Notes under the pieces: generated by a model | The model's database searches: none | The model's input: only the letters and a program-made list of their open reading frames with translations | What the model was told of the DNA's origin: nothing | Shown here: positions 1 to 12,800 of the stretch, one piece after another | Numbering within the stretch: the stretch's first letter is position 1 | Layout of the letters: every line of letters starts with the position of its first letter | Position numbers and translations under genes: made by a program | Assembly (NCBI RefSeq): GCF_006345805.1 | Contig: NC_043000.1 | Coordinates: 22,940,001 to 23,004,000, forward strand | From: Octopus sinensis | Lineage: Eukaryota | Length of the DNA: 64,000 nt | Direction of reading: 5' to 3'

Positions 1-650
1 TTTGACTTTCTGATGTTTGGCTTATGTTACAGCTACAAAAGTACTTAAGCTGGTGTGGCCCAACTCCTAATCACACAGACACATGTGGAATTGAACTCAA
101 AATTACAAGGCCAATCAAGTCACTTGTCAGTTTTACATTGCTACAACTGCTTAAGGTAGTGAGCTTTATCTGTTTACAGTTAAATCAATTGGGCTGTTGA
201 GAGCTAAGTCTCTTAGCCATGACAGCTCCTCAAAGCCCATACAAAATACAAACCACGATTGTAAGGTATCTTATTAACTCGTTTCCAGTGGTTCCAGCAA
301 CATTCATATACACTGGTCAAAAATCCAGCCTCTATGTGGTTGCTTGACTTTCAAGAAAAAGCAACTAAAATCTCCAAATCAAACTTTATCATCTTAGAAA
401 TATTGAACAATATAGTCAGTCCTAAGATATAAACTGGCTACAAAAAGCCATGCGCCTTCACTGAAGGGTTAAGAGTAAAATAATACAAAATTAAAACTTA
501 AAATGAAAGGGCTGAACTATGTCATGCCATACAGGAAGTAGATTAATATAATTATATTTTTAAATATATGTTGCTAAACATTATCAAAAGTAATAAAACA
601 GAAAAGAGATTAATTTTAGAATATCAAAACCAAAGAAATGGTTAACTTAC

Positions 651-779
651 AGGAAGGGCCTCTCCAAGCATATACATTAACATAATTGGCATCTCAACAT
701 CCCAAAACTCCAAAGTTTTCCACTGAGAGACCATATTTGACAAAACTGAATGCACAGTCATTAAAACCATATTTGAATC
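651..779 (-). CDS. XPOT: XPOT coding exon 12
   Basis: DSNMVLMTVHSVLSNMVSQWKTLEFWDVEMPIMLMYMLGEALP; 129 nt. Confidence 0.92.
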
Positions 780-1747
780 CTGAAATTAAAGAATATGCAT
801 AAATTATATATTCGTTTGTTTTTACATCTGTTTTTCCATGCTGGATTGGATTGGACGAAATATATTGAGGCATTGCTTTACAAGATACTTTATCTGTTTC
901 TTGAAAGTGCAGAGCCACAAGATTGCAAATAGGCAGAGGAAATAAAAACATCACTGCTTACACAAGTGCAAGTTTTGTAGAAGTACAAATGTAAACACCT
1001 CTGGTGCCGATGGGACATAAAAAAGCACCATCCAAACATGGCCGATACCAGTACCCTCTGACTGACTCCCGTGCCGGTGGCACATAAAAAGCACTATCTG
1101 AACGTGATCAATGCCAGGTTGCCTGACTGGCCCTGCCAGTGGCACGCAAAAAGTATCCACTACACTCCTGGAGTGGTTACCAGATTAGATTGGAGCCTGG
1201 TGTAGCTGCTCCAGACCACAGTCAAACCATCCAGCCCATGCCAGCATGGAAAATGGATGTTAAGCAATGATGATGACATACAGACTATTGCCACATAAAA
1301 AGCATCCAATACTCTCTGTAAAGTGGTTGGCATTAAAAGAGCATCCAGCTAAAGAAACCATGCCCAAAATAAATAAATATAGCCTGGTATAGCTATCAGG
1401 CTGTCCAGAACCTGTCAAACCATCTAACCCTTGCCAGTATGGAAAATGGATATTAAATGATGATGAGGATGATTGACAGCAGTCTACTTTCAGTTTCCAT
1501 CGACCAAATTCAGTCACAAGGGTTTGGTCAGCCTGGGGCTAAAGAAGACATTTGCCCAAGATTCCAAGTGGGACTGAACCCAAATCCATGGAGTTGGGAA
1601 GCAGACTTCTTAGCTACACCACAATGCTTGTGCCCATATACACAGGCTTTCCCTCGGATACACATCTGTGGCTTAGAGGGGAAACTTGCAAGCATGGGAA
1701 ACTGTTAGTCTTACTAAAGAAAAGGATAAATTCTTGCCCAGGCTTGC

Positions 1748-1786
<39 letters not shown>

Positions 1787-4700
1787 CAGATATGACAATA
1801 AAGGCCATATATCTTCAGGAAAAACAATTTATAAGTATGCATGCATTGTGTGTATATGTATGTGCATGCTTGTTTGCATGTGTGCATGCATTTACATCTG
1901 TCATCTTCAAATGAAACCATTTGAACAAATATAATATTAAGTTGACTGTCCACCTGACTGGCTCCTATGCTGGTGGCATGTAAAAAACATTGATTCCTTT
2001 TAGCAGATCATTCTGCAGCTCTACACTTTCCAATGATAAACAAAAATATAAATTCTTTGTTTGAAAATCATAAGGGTTAGCAAACAAGAATTGGCATTAG
2101 GTTGTAAATTAATGCTGCAACAAGAACTACTCATTGAACCCATGCTAGCATGGAAAAAGAGACATAAAAATGAATGAACAAATGAAGACTGTTAAAGGAT
2201 AAACACTTACCAGCTGAGCAAGGTTATTGAATATGATCTTCACCTGCTTTCTGTAATCTTGGAACATAGCTTCTTCCTCTCCCTGAAAGAGTTAAAAATA
2301 ACACCTTAAAACTGCATATTAGCATAAAGCAGGAGGTTTATGCTATGTAAAAGAAGCCCCATGTCACACCCCCCCCCAAGCCCATGTGCCAGGACCCCCA
2401 CGCGGAAAGCCCACGTGCCGGGCCCCCCATGCGGAAAGCACACGTGCCAGACCCCATGTGAGAAGCACACATGCCAGCTACATGTTGAAAGTATCCATGC
2501 AGGTGCCACATTAAAATCACCTGTGCTGGTGCCACAATAAAGGCACTAGTGCTGGCATCGAGTCAAAAAGGCCCCCAAACACTTTGTAAAATGTTTGGCA
2601 TTAGGAAGGGCATCAAGCCATAGAAACCATGTCAAAACAGATGACTCCACCTTGACAGCCCCTGCCAAACCTTCCAGCCTACACCAACAGTGATGATAAT
2701 GTTACATAGTTTCTTTTTTTTAACCCTTTTGATACCAAACCCTTCTGGAGGGTCTCTAGTTCTGGATTTCCTGCACCAATGGACATTTTATGGAATAACA
2801 TCATCAAATATCAATATTAATGTGTAAATAGCCAGGACTTACCTCAATGTCAAAGTTATATGTTTCATCATACTTCAGTTTGTTGATTATGATAATTAAC
2901 ATTTGCTGAAAATTAAAAAAAAAAAAAAATAGGAAGATATTCATAAATCATTAAAAGCTCCCAAATATTGAAACAAATTTTATAATATGAATCAGTGGTT
3001 TTCAACCTTCTTAATACCCAGGACAGGTCCAAAACATGGATTTTTTTAGGGGGACCACACCAAAAAATGTAAAACATAAGTCAAAGAAAAATTCATATTT
3101 ATAAAGGGAACTCCATCCAGAGCTATCAGAAGGAAGCTTCAGGGCAGCTTGCAGTCCTGGGAGCCACAGTTGAGAACCACTGATATAAATTCAATCCATA
3201 AGTACTGGCTGAAATATTGGAAAAGAAAACATTTGGCTTCTATCACCTACACCAAATAAAATCACCCTTGTTTTCTTAATGCTTTAGTCAAAGGAGAAAA
3301 GGAAGGACTCCTGACCATTTGATGAGAAAAAGACAGTTTGTGTCCAACCTCAAAGAACCATGTGACACAATATCATGTGGCTTCACAGTTTTCCTAATTT
3401 AGCCCCCTGAACTGCTACATCTGGGCCTCACTGTAAATGCAGTGGTGGTGGGGAACATGCAATTACTTCTATGGTCACATAGCGAGTTAAGACTGATTTA
3501 ATTGAATGGCTTGTTTCTTTGTTCTATCACTCTTTCTGGGAGTGAGTTATTTTGATGTGTTGTTTATTTTCTCGCTCGCTCGCATGCCGGTGGCATGTAA
3601 AAGGCACAATCTGAACATGATCGATGCCAGGGCCGCCTGACTGGCTCCTGTGCCAGTGACACGTAAAAAGCACCCACTACACTCTCAGAGTGGCTGGCAG
3701 TAGGAAGGGCATCCAGCTGTAGAAACATTGCCAGATCAGATTGGAGCCTGGCGCAGCCACAAGATTTCCACACTTCACACAAACCATCCAAATTCATGCC
3801 AGCATGGAAAACAGATGTTAAGCGATGACGATGATGGATTTCTTTTAGCAGATCATTCTGCAGCTCTGCACTTTCCAATAGAAAATGATGAAACTGTAGT
3901 CAATCTGAATCAAATATTGAATTCCAAGGCAGTGAACTGGCAGAATTGCTAGTGCGTCAAACAAAAATGTTCAGTGGCATTTCTTGTGGTTCTTTCCAGC
4001 TTGATCTCAACTCCCACCAAGATCAAATCTGCCTTTCATTCTTTCGGGGGTAGATAAAATTAAGTACCAGTTGAGCCCTGGGGTTGATGTAACGGACTTC
4101 ACCCACCCCTTAATACTGCTAATCGTGTGCCAAAATTCTAAAAAAAAAATTACTGAATTCAATGGTGAAGAGATTCATTTATTTCACTTACCTGAATATG
4201 TTCTCTCTGTCTTGGAGTCAAGTTTGGAGACTGTTTCAGGAGTCCAATATAATCTTGTGCAAAACCAATCACAGCCTCTGAGATGTCGTCATCTTCATGA
4301 CTAAGGAAACGGAGTACAAGAGGCAGCTTCCTCTCGATGGCTTGTAAACAGTTCAATGCTGAATTTATGTCAGTTTTTAACATTCTGAAGAAGAAAAATG
4401 AATTTTATAATTTTTTTCTTTTATTTATTTCAATGATTGGACTGCAGTGATGCTTGGATATATCATCATTATTGTTAACATCCGCTTTCTATGCTGGCAC
4501 GGGCTGGATGGTTTGACTGAGGACTGACAAGCCAGTAGGTTGCACCAGGCTCCAGTCTGATCTGGCAAGGTTTCTACAGCTGGATGCCCTTCCTAATGCC
4601 AACCACGCCAAGAGTGTAGTGGATGCTTTTTACATGCTATTGGCACAAGAGCCAGTCAGGTGGCACTGGCATCAACCATACTTGAATGGTGCTTTTTACA

Positions 4701-6837
4701 TGCCACCAGCACGGGTGCCAGTCAGGTAGCATTGGCATCAGCCAAAAAAGAAAATACTAAACTGAAGAATATGGGAATTAGTTAAAAAATAATTTCCCTT
4801 TAGCATTCAGATTATTCTGTTAAATCTAATGCTTATTAATTCGCATTGTTTTGAATTAATCACAGCTTATCTCATAGCTTTGAGATTTCAATGACGTGAT
4901 TATTTAATTTTAGAATGTCATTGTGAGGTAAGTGTAAGAGGCTGGATCTGGCTGGTTTGAACATAAAACAATATTTTGGACTGATTCGACTGACTTAAAT
5001 GCTGAAGAATTACACATTTAATGCCAGCGTGGACTAAATAATTTTATATATTCATATTTCAATATGGAAGTCCAATCCGTGCTAGCATGGAAAATGGACG
5101 TTAAATGATGATGATGAATGTTAAAACAGTTTTTACAGCTGCATGTACTTCCTAAACAGGAACCATTTAAGAAAAAAAATGACAGAATCAAAAGAATGAC
5201 AGCACCAACAGCATCAAGTTACCAAAGTAGTCAAAACCATGAACCTTCCAGATATCAAACTACTTGAGATCATCTCTGATTCTCTGATACAAAAACCTAA
5301 TTGTTTTCAAGTTTCCATCATCATTTAATGACCACTTTTTCCATGCTTGCATGGGTCTGACAGAATTTGTTGAAGCAGATTTCCTATGGCCAGATACCTT
5401 TTCCCCATCACCAACCCTCACAAGTTTCCAAATAAGGAAATACTACCCCCTGACTAGACATGTCTTCGTAGAAGATTGCAAAGGGCACCACTTGCTTGAT
5501 GGCAACATTCACTTATAACTATCATGGGAACACAAAGTAAAGGGACAGTAACAGACACATATGCATACAAATACACACACACATACGCATGCAACAGACT
5601 TTTTCAGTTTCTGTCAATCAAATCCACTCACAAGGGATAGAGTAGAAGACACTTCAAGGTGCCATACAGTGGGACTGAACCCAAAACCATGTGGTTTGAA
5701 AGCAAACTTCTTACCAGACTGCCAGGCCTGCTGTTAACAATAGCCCCGTTATTTACATCCATGTTTTATTTTGCAGTAATTTTACAATTAGAAAATCAGT
5801 AAATAAACTTGGTAAAATTTATTTTATACGAAGAGTAAGCAGAGAAAAGAAAAAAAGATTTTTATACAGAGAGTATATTAAGAACATCCATGCTGCTCTT
5901 TGCAGGAAGCAGTGACTTCCATTTTAAAAGGTCACGGGACATTTTTGAAATTACTCAAACACAAAATTATCATACTTACTTTTGATAACAGGAAAACAGA
6001 TTCTGACCCATTCCATTAACGAGCTTTGCTAATTTCGCCATGTAGTCACCCTCTTCATCCTACAAGGCAACATAAAAGATTAATTCAACTTTATTTTCCC
6101 TTCACAAACATGAAATTATTTAGGACAACAGAGTCTGACATTTAGACACATTATTTAACAATGAACAGTTTGGTTAGAGTAATAAAGTGAACAGTGAGTA
6201 TTGGGGACATGGAGACGGTGACGGAATAGAAGAGTTAATGTTCTAATGTTGACAACAGTAGTGACAACGGAGACAGCAGAAATGGGTCGTGGGGTGGGAG
6301 AACAATGGCAGTGAAAATGATACCACTGCAACAATGACAACACCACCACCAATAAATATGATATAAAGTTTCTATATATATATATATATATAAATAAGGA
6401 TAAGATCGATATTTAAATGTTGACCTTATCAAGTGGCCAGCATGGGAATAAAAACCTTTCAAAGGTAATAATTACTTAAACTTATAATTTAGGGTATCGG
6501 AGAGACTGCTATTTTCAGCATGGTCATATCTCTCAGATACCCTAAACTATAATTTTATTTTTATATATATATATATATATTGATAAAAATGGTAAGACAA
6601 CAAAAAGAAAGAGACCTCGATATTATGTAAATCGAGGAATTTATCTGTAAATGTACATTTACAGATGTATATATATATATATATACACATACATATAGAG
6701 GCACAGGCATGGCTGTTTGGTAAGACGCTTTCTTTCCAACCACATTGTTCCAGGTTCAATCCCACTGTGGCACCTTAGGCCAACCAAAGCCTTGTGAGTG
6801 GATTTGGTAGGCAGAAACTGAAAGAAGCCTGTCGTAT

Positions 6838-6868
<31 letters not shown>

Positions 6869-9800
6869 ACCATCATTAAACGACGATGGGGAATGTGTGT
6901 ATATATGCATGTGTGTCTTCTGTGTCTGTATTTGTACCCACCACCATTACTTGACAACCGATGTCTGTGAGTTTACATCCCCGTAAGCTAGCGGCTCGAC
7001 AAAAGAGACCGATAGAATAAGTACTAGGCTTACAAAGAGCAAGTCCTCAGGTCAGTTTCATCATCATCATCGTTTAACATCCGTTTTCCATGCTAGCATG
7101 GGTTGGACGGTTCAACCGGGGTCTGGGAAGCCAGGAGGCTGCACCAAGCCCAGTCTGATCTGGCAGTGTTTCTACAGCTGGATGCCCTTCCTAACACCAA
7201 CCACTCAGTGAGTGCAGCGGGTATTTTTTACGTGCCACCGGCACAGGTGCCAGGCGAGGCTGGCAACGGCCATGAGCGGTTGGTGCTTTTTACGTGCCAC
7301 CAGCACCTTTGACTAAATAGTCCTTTAAGGCAGTGCTTCAGCATGGTCACAGTCAAATGATTGGAACAAGTAAAAGAATAACAGAACACATAAACAATAC
7401 CTCATTGGGACACATCACTCCAGCACTGTTCAGTACAGTAGCAAATGATTCTATTAACTTGGTTTTCGCTACAGGCTCCATGCCCTTTGATATGATTTCA
7501 TAGATGCAATCACAGGTACATTCTCTCAGTTGGGGGGAATTTAAAAAAGTCAGCAGTGCAGTAACAAACTGGTCATTGGCCACAAGGTTTATATCTATCC
7601 AAGATATAAACTTTCCAACAACCTCTAAACACAGACAGGCAATATCTGGTTGGCTCGACTGGTATGTCGTCTGGAAGGAAAGAAAAACAAAAATGAAAAC
7701 AATGTTAAGTTGATCAAAAGACTAGAAAATAACTAACCATAAAAAAGTGACACTGCAGATGTGTCTGTGTGTGTGCATATGTATCTCAAACATAATACCG
7801 GTGGTCCAACCCACTCAGCATGAAAAACAGACAATGATGATGAACATACTCATATTAGAGACAAAATATGGGATATATTTATTACTATCTTTACAATAAA
7901 TACTATTACAGAATTTTACAATCGGAATTCTGCATAAACAAATACAGATATACATTATTTACATTCGACAGATATTTGTCCTCATTTTGTTTGTTGTTAA
8001 CACAAAGTTTCAGCTGATATACTCTCCAGCCTTCATCAAGTGTCTTGCAGAAATTTCAAACCTGGGTTCTCATTCCTAGGTACTTTTCATCATTATTATT
8101 ATTGTTATTGTTCAGGTCACTGCTTGGAATCAAACTCGAAATCTTGGGGTTAGTAGCCCACACTCTTAACCATTACATCATATGCAGAGAAGCAGGCATA
8201 GTCAGCTGTAAACATTAACTTATCTGTGTTGGCTATCCTTCAACATAAAAATAACAATCATGGACCAACAAAGGAGCCACTTTGTGACTCCACTGATTTG
8301 TGATTGCTGTTTTTAAAAGAAAGGATAATCAACTGTAAACATTAAAAATCTCGGCCAAATCTCTCTCAAATAACATCCAACCATCTGGAAAAAAAGGCAC
8401 ATCTGGTGATGTCTAGGGACAAAGAATGCCTAAAGGGGAGACAGGATGATCACTGTTGAAGACTTTTCATCACAAATCTGCTGAATCAGGATTAGCTGTG
8501 GATCAAACAACCTCAATGGCCAACCTTACATTGATAGCTATCATGAAGTAACACGTGTGTGTGTGTGTGTGTGTGTTTAAGGCTGCTCCCTCTCATGAAG
8601 GGGACTAGCCTACAAGAGTCTTGTGTCAGTGCCACTTAAAAGCACCCAGCACACACTGTAAAGTATAGAAATGATGGCAAATCAGACTAGAGCCTCGTGC
8701 AGCTCCCCAACTTGCCAGTTCTGGTAAAACCATCCAGCCCTTGCCAGCATGGATAACGAACATTAAATGATGATACACACATGCTGGTTTGAGGACTCTG
8801 GTTTGCAGGGTTTTGAGGAGTATGAACTACCTCTTAGCCATGTCTACTCTGACCCAGAGTAGTAGTAGCAGCTGTCAGGACAATCCATCTGAGCATGGTG
8901 ATGTGGAAATACCCTTGCTTGGTACCATGATACATAGTGAAACCACCAGGACAAAAGGATGCCAAGCTATTGTCACAGCATCCTCCTATGAGAGTGACAC
9001 CCTGATGTAAAACCCATAGTTTCACATATTTATTGGTCAACTTGCTTCAGCCTGTCACTAAATACTAATCACAAAGAATACTATAATAATCCAATGGTAG
9101 ACAGATGTCTCTTTATGGCGACCTCATATATCATTCCATCTACTGAAAGTCAGATGAGCATAGAAAACTAGTGAAGTGTGAAGCCCTAAGAAGGAAGCAT
9201 GCAACAAGATACATCTTTTGTCCATTATCTACCAAGCAGATCTGCAATGGGACTAAATAGTCATGAGAGGTCATGCATGGAAAGATAGGAAGCACAGAGA
9301 CAGCAATCATCTGTGAAGGATTAATCACCATATACACCTTTTATTATTTACTTGTTTCAGTCATTAGACTAAGGTTATGCTGGGGCACCACCTACAATGA
9401 TTTCATTCATTACCTAAGGCCAATTGTGTGTAAGGGAATGGTACAGACAATTCCACAGATTCCCATTGTATTCATAAAACAGGAAAATAGAGGTCAGCCA
9501 ATAGGATTTCAACTCAGAATATAAAATTTCAGTAATAACAATGATTTCTAACAAACAGAAAGAGAACAGCTGATTAAATCAATCCTAACATTTAGCTTAT
9601 TTTATCAACACAAAAAGGAAGTAAAAATTCAAACATCAAAGCCATGTTTAGTGCAGTCAGCCCCTCACTTGTGAGCAAGTATGGCCTGGTATCAACCATA
9701 CTGTCGCTGATAGTTTTAGGTGCCTAATGTAGTCACAAACAGACTCTCTTTGCTCCCTTCCTTTTGACCAGGAGTCAGAGTCAGAAACAATTAAGGGGTA

Positions 9801-12800
9801 GCTGGAGTCAGAGTCAGTAAAACTATACCAACTAATTCCAACTCACAATATCTTTATTCTTTAATATAAACCAGTTATAATATATAGGCCTACTCAGAGT
9901 ACATGCGTATGCATATGCTTTATGACATATGTAGACCACAATCACTTAATTACATAAAGAGGAGTCAAAGTTGGAGTTGCAGTTTTTGTTTCAACTCCAC
10001 AGCTCTGTTTTTGACCCAATGGGAAATCCAGTGACAGCTAGAGGGATAGAGGGCTGCACCTGCTCTTGGCTGGCACTTAATACAGCAGGAGACTAGTACA
10101 ACAGGAAATGAAATGCCTTACTCAAAAGCACAACTCACAACACCCATTCAAGGAATTGAACCACAAACACTATGATCACAAATCAAACACCTTAACCACT
10201 AACCTATACATCTCCACATCCACATGTTTATTCTGATGACAATTTCTTTTGATAGAAAGCCTTTTTTAAGAGGTAAAGTAGTTTAGTGATTTGATTCAAT
10301 ATATCACAGATGGTAACCCCACCAAAACAATAAAGATTACTGACTGAGATATTTATTTTCATTGACACATTATGGTCCCAGACAGGAATCATATTGAAAT
10401 ACTGAACTCTTCTGTGAGTTTTAATCACAATTGTGGCAACAATGATACAGTCACACAAAATCTCGTTTTTGACATCAGAAATGTTTCAATCATCTCTCGC
10501 ATAACTCGTCATCTTTCAACTCTGAGATGGCCAGCTCTTTTAGTATCAATCTGCCTGAGACCATTCCTAGTCCTATGACACAAAACCTCCTGTCTATTCT
10601 TCATCAGATTCTTATGTTATAGTTATCATCATCATCATCAGTATCATCAATGTCTGCTTCCCAAACTGGGATTGATTGGAAGAATTGTTGTTACCCAAAT
10701 TAGTGTATTTATTTGAACTTACTGACCTTTGTAGATTGATGGGCAACCATATTTTAAATTTAGTATTTTTTAAATTAATTTAAGAACGTAGTGTATTCAT
10801 AGGAAATGTGAAAATGTTTTTCTCAAACAATGTCATGTCATATCACACAGAATGTAAATATTCTGATGAAGCAAGACAAAACTTCAAAGTAACTTAACCT
10901 TTGACTTGTAAAACTTTTATAAACAAGCACTCCATAAAAAAGTATTGAGTAAGCCTAAACAAACAATATTACACAAACACAGAACTGGTTTCCATTCTCA
11001 AAGCATGTTAAACTCAATGTTATAAGTGACAACTGCCCATGGTGCCACACAATGAGACAAAGTTCCAAACATGTGATTGCAAAGTAAACACAAGTTATAA
11101 AAGGGTTAACCCTTTCATTACTGTATTTATTTTGAGATGCTCTGTGTTTCTTTCAATTAATTTTAGATATAACAAAGAATTTAGTAAATTAACTTAGTTA
11201 TTATTAAGCTAGTGTTAGGAACATAAATTGTGACTCAGGTTTGGTGGAAGATTTTAATTCAAAATTTATGAAAGCAAGACATTTGTACTACAGAGCCAGA
11301 ACTAGTTTCAGCCAGGTTGGTAACAAAAGGGTTAAATTAATGATTTGTTAACCCTTTTGTTATCATATTTATTTTGCGATGCTCTGTTTCTTTCAATCAA
11401 TTTTAAATATGACAAAGAATTTAGTAAAATAACTTAGTTATAATTAAGCTTGTGTTAGGAACATAAATTATGACTGGTGGAAGATTTTAATTCAAAACTA
11501 ATGAAAACAAGACATTTGTACTACAGAGCCAGTTTCAGTCAAGTTAGTATTGAAAGAGTTAAGAGCTCATCTAAAGAACTACAAATTTAGCCACTTACAT
11601 TCAGGCACAAAACAAGGGTAGAAAAATAAGACAAAAAAAGTGTAGAAATGTCAATTTACCATGATCTGTAACCAGGAATCTACTAACTGGTGTATACAGT
11701 GCTCCCTCATAGCATCCTTTAAGTTTGAATTACGATCAGCTTCCTGGAAATAAAGATGGTGTGTCAATCATAACTGTCAGACAACAATGGAATGATTTAA
11801 AGCAAAGAGGAAATTGGAATGATTTGAAGTCTGGAAATATAGATAACTGTCATGCCAGATCCAACAACAGAAACATTAACTCAATCTAGGGTTTGTAACA
11901 AATCACTACTTCCTACCTTAAGGGGCCACCTGGATACCTCATCATCACTATATCTTTGTAGTTCCTATGATATTTCTCACCCTCTCTTCTAAATGTGATT
12001 AGCCATGCAACTCCTCTACAAGAACCTGCTCTGCCTCCTCTCTCTCTAATACCTTAACTCCCCACCTCGTACACAGCCTCCTCCTCCTTCTCCCTCGGGA
12101 TTCATAGTTTCGCAACCTACACAGTGGTGTGATGATAATGTTTCTAGTATAGACACATGGCTTGAAGTGTGGGAGAAGGGGATGGTTGAATATATCGGCC
12201 CCCAGGACTTGACTGATTCTTTATTTTATTGATGCCGGAGAGCTGAAGGTAAAGCTGCAACGTTGACCTCAGCACGACTTAGAATCAGAACTAACCAAGT
12301 CAGAAGAAAACCCAAAAAGCACTTTTTCCAATGTTCTAAGGAGTCTGCTAATCTACTGCTGAATTTTGCATCCCATTCTAGGTAATGACCGGTGCTTTTG
12401 TTGTTGTTTTTCATACTTTCTGTTTACACTTAATCTAAGTCCATAATTCCATTCATCTTTCAACATTCGATCCCATGCTGGCATGGTTGGACAGTTTGAC
12501 AGGATCCAAAGATTGAATCAGTATCATCATCACAAATTATATAATAAGCCAGCATTAAATGCAGCTCAGGTAATTTTTGCTCCTGGCATATTAGTGTAAC
12601 AGTTGTTTAACCCAATAGTTCTCAAAGCCATCATCATCGTTTAACATCTTTCCATGCTGGCATGGGTTAGATGGCTTGACTGGAACTGGTAAGCCGGAGA
12701 GCTACACCAGGTTCCAGTATGAATTTGGTTTGGTTTCTACAGCTGGATGCCCTTCCTAACACCAACCATTCAGTGTAGTGGGTGCCTTTTACAGGTTACC

